Source: Takakia lepidozioides
Lineage: Eukaryota > Plantae > Bryophyta
Direction of reading: 5' to 3'
Length of the DNA stretch: 64,000 bases
Assembly (NCBI GenBank): GCA_030704615.1
Contig: CM060732.1
Span: forward strand, 32,240,001 to 32,304,000
This document shows, piece by piece, positions 63,601 through 64,000 of this stretch. Under the pieces are notes generated by a model. That model was not told where the DNA came from and made no database searches. It saw only the letters and a list, made by a program, of their open reading frames with translations. Made by a program: the position numbers and the translations under genes. Numbering within the stretch: position 1 is the first letter of the stretch; the number at the start of each line of letters is the position of its first letter.

Positions 63601-64000
63601 TACAACTATAGGACTGTTCAGTTGATCAGTCATGAAGTTGTGTGCATTTCAAACACTCGCCATTACGGTGCGGGCCCATATTTTGAGTTTAGAGCACAGC
63701 ATATAACTTGCAAGCACTACTATGAGTGTGCATGCAAGCGTTAATTTGCAAGGATACGCTACTGCCATCACTGTTCACATTAAACCAGATACAAATTAGT
63801 CTGCAAGACACAATTTTGTGTTTACCGATCGATACATTGATCAAAGTCATCCATAGCTTACGGTTTAGAATGTTCCTTACAGCTGCAGCGGAAGGTGAGT
63901 CTGCATACGGACTGGGCTCCGAGACTTTCATTCCAAAGATGATGGTGGGGCCCCGGTCTCCCAAGAAGCGTGTCAGCTGGTGAGAGCTCAGTAAGGAGTT
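60633..64000 (-). CDS. AGO: Argonaute, AGO4/6-like, PIWI-domain part only (5' end outside the window), slicer residues substituted. Exons: >64000-63881, 63399-63266, 62928-62851, 62396-62333 (GC donor), 62233-62122, 61858-61785, 61349-61255, 61069-61038, 60811-60633
   Basis: Spliced product: NSLL...[14 protein letters not shown]...[13 protein letters not shown]...[11 protein letters not shown].../HLLTEF...[24 protein letters not shown].../[15 protein letters not shown]...[32 protein letters not shown]...[25 protein letters not shown]...MFFC*. All exon phases close without a stop. Confidence 0.92.

Overview
Eukaryotic, intron-rich land-plant DNA, most consistent with a bryophyte (inferred from an ORS-type type III PKS, PLS-class PPRs and a CHASE cytokinin receptor). 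Intact genes: UBP1-like three-RRM protein (+, 12 exons), single-exon F-box protein (+), ORS-like type III polyketide synthase (-, 3 exons), CHASE-domain hybrid histidine kinase (+, 14 exons), IPK1 (+, 8 exons), and the 3' part of an AGO4/6-type Argonaute (-, runs off the window end). The Argonaute is the most notable feature: nine exons splice in frame to a normal MFFC* terminus, yet all four slicer residues (D-E-D-H) read K-P-G-N. The 13-34 kb interval is a decay zone holding a probable piggyBac-like transposase fossil, a 5'-truncated LINE, a frameshifted PLS-E PPR pseudogene plus an inverted copy of its 5' end, an F-box pseudogene and an orphan Argonaute N-domain exon. There are also tRNA-derived SINE-like repeats and hAT-type non-autonomous elements, one with a perfect 8-bp TSD. 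Exon coordinates and family calls come from manual reading and motif recall; no database searches were run.
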